A DNA stretch of 64,000 bases. Source: an uncultured Lachnospiraceae bacterium (GTDB lineage: Bacteria; Bacillota; Clostridia; Lachnospirales; Lachnospiraceae). The stretch lies in NCBI GenBank assembly GCA_964619485.1, contig CAZUCI010000002.1, positions 27,975 to 91,974 on the forward strand, written 5' to 3'. Positions within the stretch are counted from its first letter, which is position 1; every line of letters starts with the position of its first letter. Shown here in pieces: positions 20,098 through 30,648 of this stretch. The notes under the pieces were generated by a model. That model did no database searches. It was not told the DNA's origin and worked only from the letters and a program-made list of their open reading frames with translations. A program made the translations under genes and the position numbers.

Positions 20098-21083
20098 CGG
20101 TAGCTGGCGGCAAGGTCTGTCTCACCCAGCTTATCGTAGCACTGGGCCAGGGCGGCCAGTGGAATGGAGGTGTGGTATTTGATATTCAGAATGCTTTCGG
20201 TTTCAAAGGCTGCATTGTAATACCAGATACAGGCCTCCTCCAAATCGTTTCCTGCCGCATAATAATCTCCCAGCAGACAGCAGATTTCGCTGCAGCCCTC
20301 GGAGGCAATGGCCTTGGTGGTGTATTTGAAAAAGTCCGGATACTGTCTTTTCAACAGGCTTGCTTTGGCAACGACGCAGCAGGCTTCCAGTATTTCGTCC
20401 TGGGAACGCGCTGTATCGGAGGCACTTTCCTGAAAGGCTTCCTTTGCGCGGATAAAATCATCGTTTTCCCCGGAAATAAACAATTCCCTGGCATAGAGAT
20501 TGTGAAGCTTTGTATTCAAACGGATATGATCCCTGATCAGACGCTCAAAGGCGGCAAGGTCTCTGGATTTATGGTTGTCTGTAGGCCGGTGCTCTATGAC
20601 AATATCACTGTCGTAGACGACGGGATCAAGCCGGACGCCCTCGTGAATTGCATTTTCCCAGATAAAGGGACGAAGTCTTTTAAAGAGCTTGGGTCGATAT
20701 TCCTTGTCAAAATTATAAATGGTATTGTAGGACAGCTGATTGGAATAGTACATTTGTACAATGTCTATCTCCGGCAGCAGTCCTTTTTTTAATAATAAAA
20801 AGCGCTGCTGGTTTTCATTGTCCAGAACCTCGTCTGCATCGGCACAGTAAATATAGTCCATATGTGCTTTTTCAAAGGAGAAATTTCTGGCATCAGCAAA
20901 GCTTCCGGTCCAGGCAAAATCATAAATCTGACTGGTATACTTTGATGCAATTTCTCTGGTATGGTCTGTGGAACCGGTATCGACAATAATAATTTCGTCC
21001 ATGAGATGAACAAGGGAATCCAGACATCGGGACAAAATTTTCTCCTCGTTTTTTACAATCATACAAAGGCTGACAGAAATCAT
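20061..21083 (-). CDS. Family 2 glycosyltransferase with TPR-like C-terminal region
   Basis: SLCMIVKNEE, IVDTGSTD, FADARN, DADE (DxD), IHE. Start at 21083 follows AAGGAG. 3' end overlaps addA by 37 bp. Confidence 0.9.
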   Translation of the reverse strand: MISVSLCMIVKNEEKILSRCLDSLVHLMDEIIIVDTGSTDHTREIASKYTSQIYDFAWTGSFADARNFSFEKAHMDYIYCADADEVLDNENQQRFLLLKKGLLPEIDIVQMYYSNQLSYNTIYNFDKEYRPKLFKRLRPFIWENAIHEGVRLDPVVYDSDIVIEHRPTDNHKSRDLAAFERLIRDHIRLNTKLHNLYARELFISGENDDFIRAKEAFQESASDTARSQDEILEACCVVAKASLLKRQYPDFFKYTTKAIASEGCSEICCLLGDYYAAGNDLEEACIWYYNAAFETESILNIKYHTSIPLAALAQCYDKLGETDLAASYRQMASDLEKAKE

Positions 21084-21184
21084 GAAAAACCTCCTTTTAA
21101 GCTTCATTTTTTTTATTTTATCATAAAAAACGGGGAGAGAATAGTTTTGCATCGATAATGTCTGATTAAATATAGTTGTTTAGG

Positions 21185-21226
21185 CTGCGTTTCAAACTGC
21201 GTTTTAAACTACGTTTTAAACTACGT
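21185..21226 (+). repeat. 12-bp tandem repeat (ctrcgtttyaaa) x3.5
   Basis: ctgcgtttcaaa ctgcgttttaaa ctacgttttaaa ctacgt. Confidence 0.85.
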
Positions 21227-21242
21227 CTGTCCTTCTGTTGTT

Positions 21243-21794
21243 TTAGTTTGTTGCCAGCGTTTTTACATAGGCAAGAGCCTTGGAAACGGGTGGCAGGGCA
21301 AGCAAAATCAGGGTCAGTACGGCCTCCGGTACAATATAAGTCATGTTGTAGAGAACTCCGGCCCAGATTGCGGCCACATTTCCGCCAAAATCACCCACAT
21401 AGGTGGTGTAAAAAATGATACCGGAAATACAGTGGAACAGGAAACGACCGAGAACGCCGGCCAGATAGCCCAGAATAAGACCGTGCTTACGTTTGTAGAA
21501 AAATCCGGAGAAGCCCAGAGCTCCAAAAGCGAGTGGAAAATCAAGCAGCACCTGAAGCGGATGTACAAAGTAGGGTCCTACGATGAACTGCAGGACACCA
21601 TAGGCGATACCGGCGATGATTCCTACCACAGGTCCGTACCAGTATCCAATCAGACAGATAACCAGCATGGAGAACAGTGTGACGCTTCCTCCGTTGGGAA
21701 GAGAAGGGACTTTGATTACAACAGAGATAACTGTTGCCAGTGCGATTGCGACGGCAGAGAAAGCCAGTCGTTTGGGTGTGAAATTTTTTGACAT
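21243..21794 (-). CDS. thiT: ECF-type thiamine transporter S component
   Basis: GGSVT, QVLLDFPLAF, RFLFHCISG.IFY and YN motifs; lies downstream of a TPP riboswitch. Confidence 0.92.
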   Translation of the reverse strand: MSKNFTPKRLAFSAVAIALATVISVVIKVPSLPNGGSVTLFSMLVICLIGYWYGPVVGIIAGIAYGVLQFIVGPYFVHPLQVLLDFPLAFGALGFSGFFYKRKHGLILGYLAGVLGRFLFHCISGIIFYTTYVGDFGGNVAAIWAGVLYNMTYIVPEAVLTLILLALPPVSKALAYVKTLATN

Positions 21795-21827
21795 AAAAAA
21801 ATCCTCCTTAGGATGCCTAGGAGGGGA
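21795..21827 (-). terminator. Riboswitch expression platform: hairpin containing the SD plus a U7 tract
   Basis: Minus strand ccuccu-agg-cau-ccu-a-aggagg-a-uuuuuuu-AUG. Confidence 0.7.
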
Positions 21828-21904
21828 CTACTAAAAGAATGCTTTTAAAAAAGGAGAAGCCAAAGAAGAATTGACACTTCTATCGGTATTTCTTTAATAA
21901 AAAC

Positions 21905-21990
21905 TGCTTCCTTACGCCAGTATTACCTGGTTCAAGTAGTGAGGGTCCGGTTGAAAAACAACTCTCTCAGCCAAAAAGGCTCCCCTAGCA
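21905..21990 (-). promoter_or_regulatory. TPP riboswitch
   Basis: Minus strand UGCUAGGGGAGC..GGCUGAGAG..GACCC..ACUUGAACCAGGUAAUACUGGCGUAAGGAAGCA matches the THI-box core. Confidence 0.96.
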
Positions 21991-22041
21991 TTGTATTTTT
22001 TGACGGATCTTGTCCGCAAAGTCAACTATAAAGTACCTGTT

Positions 22042-23394
22042 TCATAAAGTCAAGAAAAAAGTCAGGCGTTTCTCTGCAATGCGCAGGCAGGCCAGACAGG
22101 TTGGAACGATGTAAAAGCATGCGGAGAGCCATGCGGCCTGATCCGCAAAGCAGATGGCGGTGTAGCCGAACAGCGGAACAAAAACAGTGCTGACTGCGAT
22201 ACGGGCAATCATCTCCAGTGTACCTGACAGAATTGCCCGGCCGGAGAAGCCAATGGACTGGGTGGTCATGCGGAATACATTCAGGATGCCCAGAGACCAG
22301 AAGAAAAAGCCCATACAACGCAGATATTTTGCAGAAGCATCCAATACTGCCACATCCCCCTTTGATAAAAACAGAAGGGACAGGGTACGTCCGGCAAAAA
22401 TCAAAATAAGCCCTGCCAGCAGTCCGTAGAGAACACCGAGAAAGACGCCTCTTTTCAACCCGCCTCTTACACGGTCAAGCTTTCCGGCACCGAGGTTTTG
22501 TCCACAGAAGGTGGAAACGGCTGTTGCAATGGCATCAAATGGACACATGGCAAACTGCTTTATTTTCATACCGGCTGTGAAACCGGAAACATATATACTT
22601 CCCAGGCCATTGTTGGCTGACTGCATGACCATACTGCCGATGGCTGTGATGGAGTACTGCAGCCCCATGGGCAGACCCATACCAATCAGGAGGGAGATGC
22701 CGGAGGAATGAATGCGGCAGTCCGCTTTGGACAGCTTCAGGTCCGGGCATTTTTTCAAAATATAAATCAAGCACAAAAGTCCGCTGATTGCCTGTGCAAG
22801 AACCGTTGCAATGGCAGCACCGGCACAGCCGAGATGAAGAACCAGGATACAGAGCAGGTCAAGAATAATGTTGAGTACAGTGGAAACTGCCAGGAAAAGG
22901 AAGGGTGTTTTACTGTCGCCCACAGCTCTCAATATAGCGGCCTGCAAATTGTAAATCAGATTGAAGGGAATGCCAAGAAAAATAAGAAAAAGATATGCAT
23001 AGGCACCCTTGAAAATATTGTCCGGAGTGGAGAGCAGATGAAGAATCTGCGGACAAAATACGGAACAAAGAACGGTTAAGACTATGGCAAGTACAGTAGT
23101 GCAAACAGCACTTTGGAAAATCAGATTCCGCATCAGAGAGTAATCCCCGGCACCAAAGCGCTGGGCAATGGGGATGCCAAAGCCACAGCATACTCCGATA
23201 CAGAAACCCAGTACCAGAAACTGGACGCTGCTGGAAGCCCCCACGCTTGCAAGTGCATCCGGACCAAGATATTTTCCCACAATGGCGGCGTCCACAATAT
23301 TGTAGGTCTGCTGCAGCAGATTGCCCAAAAGCAGCGGCAGGGCAAATCTTAATATGAGTTTCCATGGATTTCCTTCGGTCATTGATTCTGTCAT
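22042..23394 (-). CDS. MATE family efflux transporter
   Basis: MTEGNPWKLILRFALP, NIVDAAIVGKYLG, GDSKTP, NIILD, GAAIATV. Start at 23394 follows AAGGAGA. Confidence 0.93.
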   Translation of the reverse strand: MTESMTEGNPWKLILRFALPLLLGNLLQQTYNIVDAAIVGKYLGPDALASVGASSSVQFLVLGFCIGVCCGFGIPIAQRFGAGDYSLMRNLIFQSAVCTTVLAIVLTVLCSVFCPQILHLLSTPDNIFKGAYAYLFLIFLGIPFNLIYNLQAAILRAVGDSKTPFLFLAVSTVLNIILDLLCILVLHLGCAGAAIATVLAQAISGLLCLIYILKKCPDLKLSKADCRIHSSGISLLIGMGLPMGLQYSITAIGSMVMQSANNGLGSIYVSGFTAGMKIKQFAMCPFDAIATAVSTFCGQNLGAGKLDRVRGGLKRGVFLGVLYGLLAGLILIFAGRTLSLLFLSKGDVAVLDASAKYLRCMGFFFWSLGILNVFRMTTQSIGFSGRAILSGTLEMIARIAVSTVFVPLFGYTAICFADQAAWLSACFYIVPTCLACLRIAEKRLTFFLTL

Positions 23395-23508
23395 CTGTTT
23401 TCTCCTTTGCATCCGTTCACGAACACATTATAAATCGTAACAGATTTCATTGCAACATTATAAAGTTGTGATATAACTTCTATATACGAAAGAAGTGGGT
23501 GGAAAGCC

Positions 23509-25197
23509 ATGAACCTTTTACTGCACTTGTTAGAACAGAATGCCGGAGTAATTCTGCTTTGTCTGATTTTGATCGTCTTTGCGGACGGTCTGTTTCGTGT
23601 ATGCATTTTTTCCAAAAGGAGAAGTGCGGTTAAATCGGGCACGAGAAAAAACGAAAACGCCTTTTTGCAAATGCTCAACTGCAGCAGCAAGGAGGCTTTT
23701 GCTTTGCTGGAAGAAAAAACGCTTCTGGCAGTCTGGGTCAGCGATAACATGGAACAGGTCACAGGGGTTCCGGGTGAGAACATATTTATGGATTCTGCAC
23801 AGATTTTTGCAGGTCTATCGGAGAGCGATAAGGAGAAATTTATCGCCCTTTACCATAGCTGGGACAGGAAAGAAGAATTTTGCTTTGAGGCTCCCTGGAG
23901 CTACCAGAGTAAAAGCGGGCTGCAGATTCGGATTGAGATTATTTGTAAGGATGGCAGAGAGCTGTTTCATTTGCGGAATGTTTCAGAGGAGAAGGAACAG
24001 CTGGAGCAGATGCGTGAAATGGTGGAGGAGGCAAAGCGCGGCGAGGAGGCAAAAACAAACTTTTTGTCCAACATGAGCCACGAAATCAGGACGCCCTTAA
24101 ATGGTATGCTGGGTATGATAGAGCTGGCAAAGATGAATCCAAAGGACGCGGACCGGGTGGCTGATTATCTTGGAAAAGCAGAGGAGCTGTCAAGATTTCT
24201 TTTGTCTGTTATCAACGATATTCTGGATATGTCACGTATTGAGAGCGGGAAGACGGAGCTGGAGAGCGTGGCCTTTGATATTTGCGCCATGGGTGAGAAG
24301 CTGGAAAATATGTTTCAGGGAACAATGGCAGACAAGGGCATTGATTTTTATGTGGATTATATTGAAATAGAAGAACCCTTCGTATTTGGAGATCAGCTGC
24401 GTATTTCCCAGATTTTAACCAATTTCCTTTCTAATTCATCCAAATTTACACCGGAGGGAGGAACCATTTCTCTGACTATCAGACAGATGAACAGTACACA
24501 GACGGAGTCCTCCTGGATGCTGCAGGTGAAGGATACAGGAAAGGGAATGGATGGAGAATTTCTGCATAAGCTGTTCCGGCCCTTTGAACAGGAGAACGGT
24601 GGAATTGCAAGAAAGTATGGCGGAAGCGGACTTGGAATGACCATTGCAGACAGTCTGGTTCACCTGATGGGCGGACAGATTCTGGTAGACAGTGAGATTG
24701 GTAAGGGGAGCACCTTTACTGTATTTTTGAAGCTTCCAATAGCGAAGAAAGAGGATATTATTGAGGAAGAAACAGTCGAGAGCGGAAATGAGGCTGTTTC
24801 ACTGGAGGGCAGGAGAATTCTGATGGCAGAGGATCAGAAGATCAATGCGGTCATTGTAGTACGCATGATGCAGTCCAAGGGCGTTACCATAGATGTGGCT
24901 GAAAATGGAAAACTGGTAACAGAGATGTTTGCAGCCTCGAAGCCGGGGTATTATGACGCAATTCTTATGGACATTCAGATGCCGGAGATGAATGGATGGG
25001 ATGCGGCGAAATGCATTCGCGCCATGGAGCGGGAGGATGCAAAGCAGATTCCAATTTTTGCACTTTCGGCAGATGCCTTTGTGGAGAATAAGCGAAAGAG
25101 TGTGGAGTCAGGAATGAATGCACATATCACGAAGCCAATTGATTTTAAAGAGCTGGAAAACTATTTGAAAACAGCATTTAAGGAATCGGGCAGGTAA
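23509..25197 (+). CDS. Hybrid sensor histidine kinase/response regulator
   Basis: One N-terminal TM; FLSNMSHEIRTPLN (phospho-His), NFLSNSSKFT, DTGKG, GSGLG; REC ILMAED..ILMDIQMPEMNG..KPID. Confidence 0.94.
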   Translation: MNLLLHLLEQNAGVILLCLILIVFADGLFRVCIFSKRRSAVKSGTRKNENAFLQMLNCSSKEAFALLEEKTLLAVWVSDNMEQVTGVPGENIFMDSAQIFAGLSESDKEKFIALYHSWDRKEEFCFEAPWSYQSKSGLQIRIEIICKDGRELFHLRNVSEEKEQLEQMREMVEEAKRGEEAKTNFLSNMSHEIRTPLNGMLGMIELAKMNPKDADRVADYLGKAEELSRFLLSVINDILDMSRIESGKTELESVAFDICAMGEKLENMFQGTMADKGIDFYVDYIEIEEPFVFGDQLRISQILTNFLSNSSKFTPEGGTISLTIRQMNSTQTESSWMLQVKDTGKGMDGEFLHKLFRPFEQENGGIARKYGGSGLGMTIADSLVHLMGGQILVDSEIGKGSTFTVFLKLPIAKKEDIIEEETVESGNEAVSLEGRRILMAEDQKINAVIVVRMMQSKGVTIDVAENGKLVTEMFAASKPGYYDAILMDIQMPEMNGWDAAKCIRAMEREDAKQIPIFALSADAFVENKRKSVESGMNAHITKPIDFKELENYLKTAFKESGR

Positions 25198-25201
25198 AAG
25201 G

Positions 25202-28200
25202 ATGAAAGACTTAATTTTTAAATTTATGAAAAGGAATGGAAGGCTTGTTTTGGGGGCAGCCCTGGTGCTGGCACTCTTTGTTGGCGTGCTTGTAAATGCA
25301 GCAAAGAACAAGGACGAATTTACGCCTGGGGGACAGGAAAATCATCAGCTTCCCTTTCAAAATGAGGATATGGACAAGACCTTTGATGGAAAGCAGTCTG
25401 CCACAGACGGACTGGAAATAGAAGAAAACACGGAGGATGATGAGAAGGAAAAGGAGCTGGAAGAGGGCGATGATGAGCTTTTGTCAAAGGACGATTCTGA
25501 TTTGCAGGATCAGCTGATTAACATTGCAAATCTGGTAAATCCTTCGGACAATGGAACAAAGGAAAACCCTGTTCCATCCCAGAATCCTTCAGCACCGGTA
25601 TTGAATGTTGGTCAAAAGGACGATGGTGATCCTTCGACTCCGCCTGGAATCGGACCTGTTCCGGGGATTGGAGACAATCCGGGTAATGGAGATGGTGGAA
25701 AGGGCGATGGCAAAGGGGACGGAAATGATGATGACAAGGAAAAAGAAGATCCCCCAGTCACACCTCCCAAGCCTGGAGAGGATAAAAAACCACCTAAAAA
25801 TCCTTCAACAAATCAGGATTTGACCCATGGGGATGATGATGCCTCTTACGGGAATAAGGATGAAAATAAGACTGCAGACAGCAAGGTCCCAGACAATACC
25901 TTTGAGGGAGGAACCATCCGAATGGTTAACTGTGTGCAGAAGTCAGATCAGATTTATCTGTTCCAGGGGGAATGCCCAACAGCGGAGCTCATGAAGGATT
26001 ATCTGAGTGTGGATGCCAGAATTTCTGTGGCAGCTGCTCCCGGACAGGCGGCATCGACAGTACATGTCCAGGATCTTAATTATTCCTATAAGAATAACCG
26101 TGATTCCTATGGCGGAGATTACTGTGTTGACTGGAACAGCGCTGAGGAGGGGACACAGAACCAGGCACCCTTACAGCCGGGAATCTATCAGGCATCCGTA
26201 TTTATGATCAATCCGGACAACGGAACCCAGACCCAGGCACGCGCAGGCTTTTCCTATACAGTTTATGATTATCAGCTGGAGCTTGAAGATTTTGAAGAAA
26301 ATTACAGTGCCCTTTCGGACAGTGCAAAGCCGCAGCTGCTTCACGCAGGTGAGAATGAGGAAATCAGCCTTGTGGCAGCCATTTCCAATATGAATAAAAT
26401 CATTCTGCAGAGAACAAATTCAGGGAAAAAATACACCCATATATTGAAAAAGAATGCAGACGGAACCTATGCGTCCTTCTTTGGGGGATGGTCTCTGTCA
26501 AAGGACGGAGCCACAGTTGGAAATGTTTTCGAGCTTTCCCATGTGAAGGCAGAGGAGCTGCTGGAGGATGCGGATGGAAATAAGTATTATAAAAAGACTC
26601 TATATCCGGTATGGATATCTGCCGGTGATGCGAGCAGCTATTATGAGATTACCTTGAAAAACGATGGAAGTGTGACAGCAGAGCGTTATCTGGGGGACTG
26701 CCGCAGCGTGAAAACCCTGGATATTCCCAATGGAGTGACAGTTGTAGACCTGACCTCCATAGGAAGGGACAGCTTTCCGGTGCTCACCTTAATCAATATT
26801 CCGGAGAGTGTTACATCCATTCTTTATCTTGACTCTATGACAATGTACCCAAAGCTTTCTGCATTTGGTGTGGCAGATGAAAATAAGCTTTTTATGGATG
26901 TGTCCGGAATTCTCTATAGTAAATCAGGGAAGACACTCCTTCGGGTTCCACCGGCAATGAGTAATCTGAGTGCCTGGTCAAAATACGTGGAAAGTATTGG
27001 CAGTAAAGCATTTCTTGATGTAAAAATGGCACAGGTGTCATTACCTGCATCTGTAAGAGAGATTGGGGAGCATGCGTTTGATCAGGCCAAAATTGCGACA
27101 CTGACAGAGCAGTCACCTCAAATTGTCTGGGGAAGCGGAAATCTCATAAGGAATGGGGCGGGTGCTTTCAATATCTCCCATATTCAGGTAGAGGATTCCC
27201 CGGAGGATGCTGTTTATTTAAAGCGTATCAGCAGCTTGAGTGATTATCTGACCACAGAGGGAAGCGACAGCCCGGGAAATGATGCAATGAGTATTCTGAC
27301 AACACCGTCAGGTGTAGAAAAGAATTATCAATATAAGGAAGGCTGGATTCTGGATCAGAATCAGACCAGAGTGGTGATGGGAACTGCAGCAGCCGGGACA
27401 CAGGCAGTGCTTCCCGAAGGTGTTACCACGGTAAAATCCGGTGCACTTTCTGGGTGTATGCAGCTGCAAAGGCTTACCATGTCATCTACAGTTAACATGC
27501 TGCCGGATGGCTGCTTTTTATCTGATTCTCTGACGGCAGTTTATTTTACAACAGCGACACCACCTAATATGGCGGGTGGAAAAATATTTGGCAGCTCCAT
27601 TCCAGACAGGATACGTCTGTATGTTCCGGTAGATTATCTTACAGACTATCTGAACATCTGGAAGCGCTATGAGCAAAGGGGCTACGGAAGTGGAACCACA
27701 GCGGGATTTACGGTTCCCTATGGTGACGGCATCAGTCAGGATGAGGCGGGTGCTGTATATTGGGAAGAAACGCCGGGGGCATTTACGTTGTTATCTGGAG
27801 AGCAGGTAGCCGGTGAATACACGGTAAAGGAAGGAACCACCAAAATTAAAAGCGGCGCCTTTTTGGGAAATACAGCACTTTCTGCTATTCATCTTGGCAG
27901 CGCAATTCAGACAATTGAAGCCAAAGCTTTTCAGGAATGTACAGCCTTGACAACAGTCACAGTGGGAGGACCTTTGACCACGGTGGGGGATTATGCTTTC
28001 AATAAGTGCAGTGCATTATCTGTTTTCCAATGGGAAAATGTTGCGGCGACCAGAAGTCTTTCCTCCATTGGACAGTGGGCATTTGCTGAGAGTGGATTGA
28101 CTGGAATTCCTGTTGATTTGGTCAGTGCCGCGGGAGAACCAAAATTATTTACGGTAAGAATTTCCCAGGATGGAGACTTATCTCCTTACAACAGCTGCGT

Positions 28201-28489
28201 GATTTTCGAGGGTGATGATGTAAGAGGAAGAGGGAAGATGTTCCCAAATCTGAGTTCAATTGGAGATTATGCATTTGCTTATTGCCAGAATATCAGCTAT
28301 ATGAGCATACCTCAGTTCGGTGATATTGAGGCATGGAAAGCACTTTTATATGAAAAATGGAATGTGAACTGGTTCATGACGAATACCACCATATCACCTA
28401 CACCTGTTCCCTGCGGAAGCTCTTATGATCCGGTTAAGAATCCGACAGCCGGCGGTGGAGAAGGTGGCGGCGGAGGAGAAATTATTTAA
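25202..28489 (+). CDS. Large membrane-anchored surface protein with BspA-type leucine-rich repeats (LRR_5) and an InlB-B/Flg_new-like repeat
   Basis: N-terminal TM, acidic and Pro/Gly linker, FFGGWS..LYPVW, repeated IPNGVT / LPASVREIGEHAF / LPEGVTTVKSGAL / IEAKAFQECTAL / IGDYAFAYC. Confidence 0.82.
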   Translation: MKDLIFKFMKRNGRLVLGAALVLALFVGVLVNAAKNKDEFTPGGQENHQLPFQNEDMDKTFDGKQSATDGLEIEENTEDDEKEKELEEGDDELLSKDDSDLQDQLINIANLVNPSDNGTKENPVPSQNPSAPVLNVGQKDDGDPSTPPGIGPVPGIGDNPGNGDGGKGDGKGDGNDDDKEKEDPPVTPPKPGEDKKPPKNPSTNQDLTHGDDDASYGNKDENKTADSKVPDNTFEGGTIRMVNCVQKSDQIYLFQGECPTAELMKDYLSVDARISVAAAPGQAASTVHVQDLNYSYKNNRDSYGGDYCVDWNSAEEGTQNQAPLQPGIYQASVFMINPDNGTQTQARAGFSYTVYDYQLELEDFEENYSALSDSAKPQLLHAGENEEISLVAAISNMNKIILQRTNSGKKYTHILKKNADGTYASFFGGWSLSKDGATVGNVFELSHVKAEELLEDADGNKYYKKTLYPVWISAGDASSYYEITLKNDGSVTAERYLGDCRSVKTLDIPNGVTVVDLTSIGRDSFPVLTLINIPESVTSILYLDSMTMYPKLSAFGVADENKLFMDVSGILYSKSGKTLLRVPPAMSNLSAWSKYVESIGSKAFLDVKMAQVSLPASVREIGEHAFDQAKIATLTEQSPQIVWGSGNLIRNGAGAFNISHIQVEDSPEDAVYLKRISSLSDYLTTEGSDSPGNDAMSILTTPSGVEKNYQYKEGWILDQNQTRVVMGTAAAGTQAVLPEGVTTVKSGALSGCMQLQRLTMSSTVNMLPDGCFLSDSLTAVYFTTATPPNMAGGKIFGSSIPDRIRLYVPVDYLTDYLNIWKRYEQRGYGSGTTAGFTVPYGDGISQDEAGAVYWEETPGAFTLLSGEQVAGEYTVKEGTTKIKSGAFLGNTALSAIHLGSAIQTIEAKAFQECTALTTVTVGGPLTTVGDYAFNKCSALSVFQWENVAATRSLSSIGQWAFAESGLTGIPVDLVSAAGEPKLFTVRISQDGDLSPYNSCVIFEGDDVRGRGKMFPNLSSIGDYAFAYCQNISYMSIPQFGDIEAWKALLYEKWNVNWFMTNTTISPTPVPCGSSYDPVKNPTAGGGEGGGGGEII

Positions 28490-28507
28490 AGTAGTAAAGG
28501 AGAACGT

Positions 28508-29472
28508 ATGATAATAGAACAATCAGAACAAATTATCTCAGAGGTTGGGAAGGTACTGGTAGGAAAAGATGATGTTATTAAAAAACCTTAATGGCAATTT
28601 ATGCGGGCGGACATGTGCTGTTGGAGGATTATCCCGGAGTTGGTAAAACTACTTTGGCGCTGGCTTTTTCCAGGGTACTGGGAATGGAGTATAAGCGTAT
28701 CCAGTTTACATCGGATACCATGCCTTCTGATCTGATTGGCTTTTCTGTATATGATAAGCAGAAGGATACCTTTATTTACAGACCGGGAGCGGTTAACTGT
28801 CAGCTGTTTCTTGGGGATGAAATCAATCGTACCAGTCCCAAGACTCAGGCGGCACTTCTGGAGGTTATGGAGGAGGGCAATGTGTCAGTGGATGGAATTA
28901 CGCATCCGCTTCCAAAGCCATTTATCTGTATTGCCACACAAAATCCGCTGGGCTCCATTGGTACTCAGCCGCTTCCTGATTCTCAGATGGATCGTTTTAT
29001 GGTAAGGCTTTCCATTGGATTTCCCAGCATAGAGGAACAGGCCATGATTATTAAACAGCGTCAGCATCATAATCCTTTACAGGATGTGAAAGCGGTTGTA
29101 TCTGCAGAGGATATTCTTGATATTCAAAGGTACATTGCCTCTGTAACCATGTCTGAGGAAATTCTTCTTTATATTTCTGCATTGTGTGAAATGACAAGAC
29201 TGTCACCAATGGTGGAAATGGGTGTCAGTCCCCGTGGTGCGCTGGCAATTAGCCAGATGGCAAGAGCGCATGCGCTGTTGGAAAAGAGAGATTATGTCGT
29301 GCCTGAGGATGTTCAGGAGGTATTTCTGGATGTCTGTGCCCATCGATGCGTGATGCGCCCACAGGCAAGAATCGAGGGTGTGACGGCAGAGAGCTATTTA
29401 CAGGATATCTTGAAGAAGGCGACACCACCGGAATTGGGAAACGGAAAAGCTTTATTTGGCAGAAAGGGTTAG
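28508..29472 (+). pseudogene. MoxR-family AAA+ ATPase with a 1-nt frameshift in an A6 run at 28580-28585
   Basis: ATG 28508 reads MIIEQSEQIISEVGKVLVGKDDVIKKP*. A -1 shift gives KKTLMAIYAGGHVLLEDYPGVGKT, then RIQFTSD, DEINRTSPKTQAALLE, ATQNP and DRF. Confidence 0.85.
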
Positions 29473-29475
29473 CCT

Positions 29476-30633
29476 ATGAGGAAGAACAGGATTCTCTACT
29501 GTGTACTGCTTCTTTTTTGTCTTATTTTTCTGGTTGCATCCAACCACAGAAGTGTTTTACTTTTGTGTCTGCTGCTGCTCTTTTTTGCTCTGTTTTCATT
29601 CACCCTGCTGTTTTTGGGCAGAAACGAGATAACCTCCGTTTCCCTGGAGCGCAAAGTGGGAAAAGAAAATGATAATAAGGGAAGTGAGCTGTATCTTCAT
29701 GTGGTTCGTAAGCATAAATTCCCAATTGGAAAAATCAGAATCAGACTGTTCTATGAGAACCGTTTGTACGGGGAAAGGAATCAGTGGATTTTATGTCTGA
29801 ATCCCCAGCCGGAAAGAGATATGTGGTATTCTTTGCCATGGAATGAGAGAGATTGTGGATATTATGTCATTTCATTTGAAAGAATACTTCTCTATGATTT
29901 AATGGGGCTGATGGGAATTACCCGAAAATGCAGCGGAGAAATTCAATATCCCCGATATCCTTCTTTTTATCAGTTTTTGCTGCATGCCACCAAAAATCAG
30001 AAAAATCTGTATGATGGGGAATTTTACGATCCAAATAAGAGAGGTCACGATCCCTCAGAGGTCTTTGATTTGCGGGATTACCAGGAGGGAGATGCCATCA
30101 ACAGTATTCACTGGAAGCTGTCAGGAAAGCTGGAACGACTGATCGTGAGAGAAAGTGGAAATCCCATCACCAATGAGACGGTAATTTTATGTGATCCAGG
30201 ATTTGAAAGCTTTCGCGATAATCATAAGCTGGTTGATGGAATTCTGTGTCTTTTCCTGTCTGTCAGCAAGGCACTGCTGGATCAGGGAATGAAGCACAAG
30301 GTATATTTTCCACAGAAAACGTCTTTTTTGGAGCGGGAAATTTCCACAGATGGACAATTGATGGATGCACTCCTTCTGTTTCTTCAGATTCCAATTACCG
30401 ATGGAAAAGAATTGTTTACACAGTGGAGGCTTCAGGGTGGAACAGCGAGAACCATTTTGATTACCGGTGCACTCAGGGAGTTGGAATATCAGGAGCTGGC
30501 AGAAAAAACAGCACTGACAGTTATTCTTTTATCCGAGCATAGTCTTGAGCAGATTGAGGAGAGAAGTAATTACAAAATTGTGGCCCTTCCACTGGATGAG
30601 ATTGGGCAGAAGGTAAAACAGATTGATTTTTAA
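29476..30633 (+). CDS. DUF58 (vWA-related) membrane-anchored protein
   Basis: Two N-terminal TMs; EVFDLRDYQEGDAINSIHWKLSGK signature. Confidence 0.88.
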   Translation: MRKNRILYCVLLLFCLIFLVASNHRSVLLLCLLLLFFALFSFTLLFLGRNEITSVSLERKVGKENDNKGSELYLHVVRKHKFPIGKIRIRLFYENRLYGERNQWILCLNPQPERDMWYSLPWNERDCGYYVISFERILLYDLMGLMGITRKCSGEIQYPRYPSFYQFLLHATKNQKNLYDGEFYDPNKRGHDPSEVFDLRDYQEGDAINSIHWKLSGKLERLIVRESGNPITNETVILCDPGFESFRDNHKLVDGILCLFLSVSKALLDQGMKHKVYFPQKTSFLEREISTDGQLMDALLLFLQIPITDGKELFTQWRLQGGTARTILITGALRELEYQELAEKTALTVILLSEHSLEQIEERSNYKIVALPLDEIGQKVKQIDF

Positions 30634-30648
30634 AGGGACAGGCAGGAC

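Noticed and set aside
28587-28590. +1 frameshift at CCT-TAA restoring MoxR
   Set aside because: The downstream frame is -1 (83-nt offset), so a +1 shift does not reach it.
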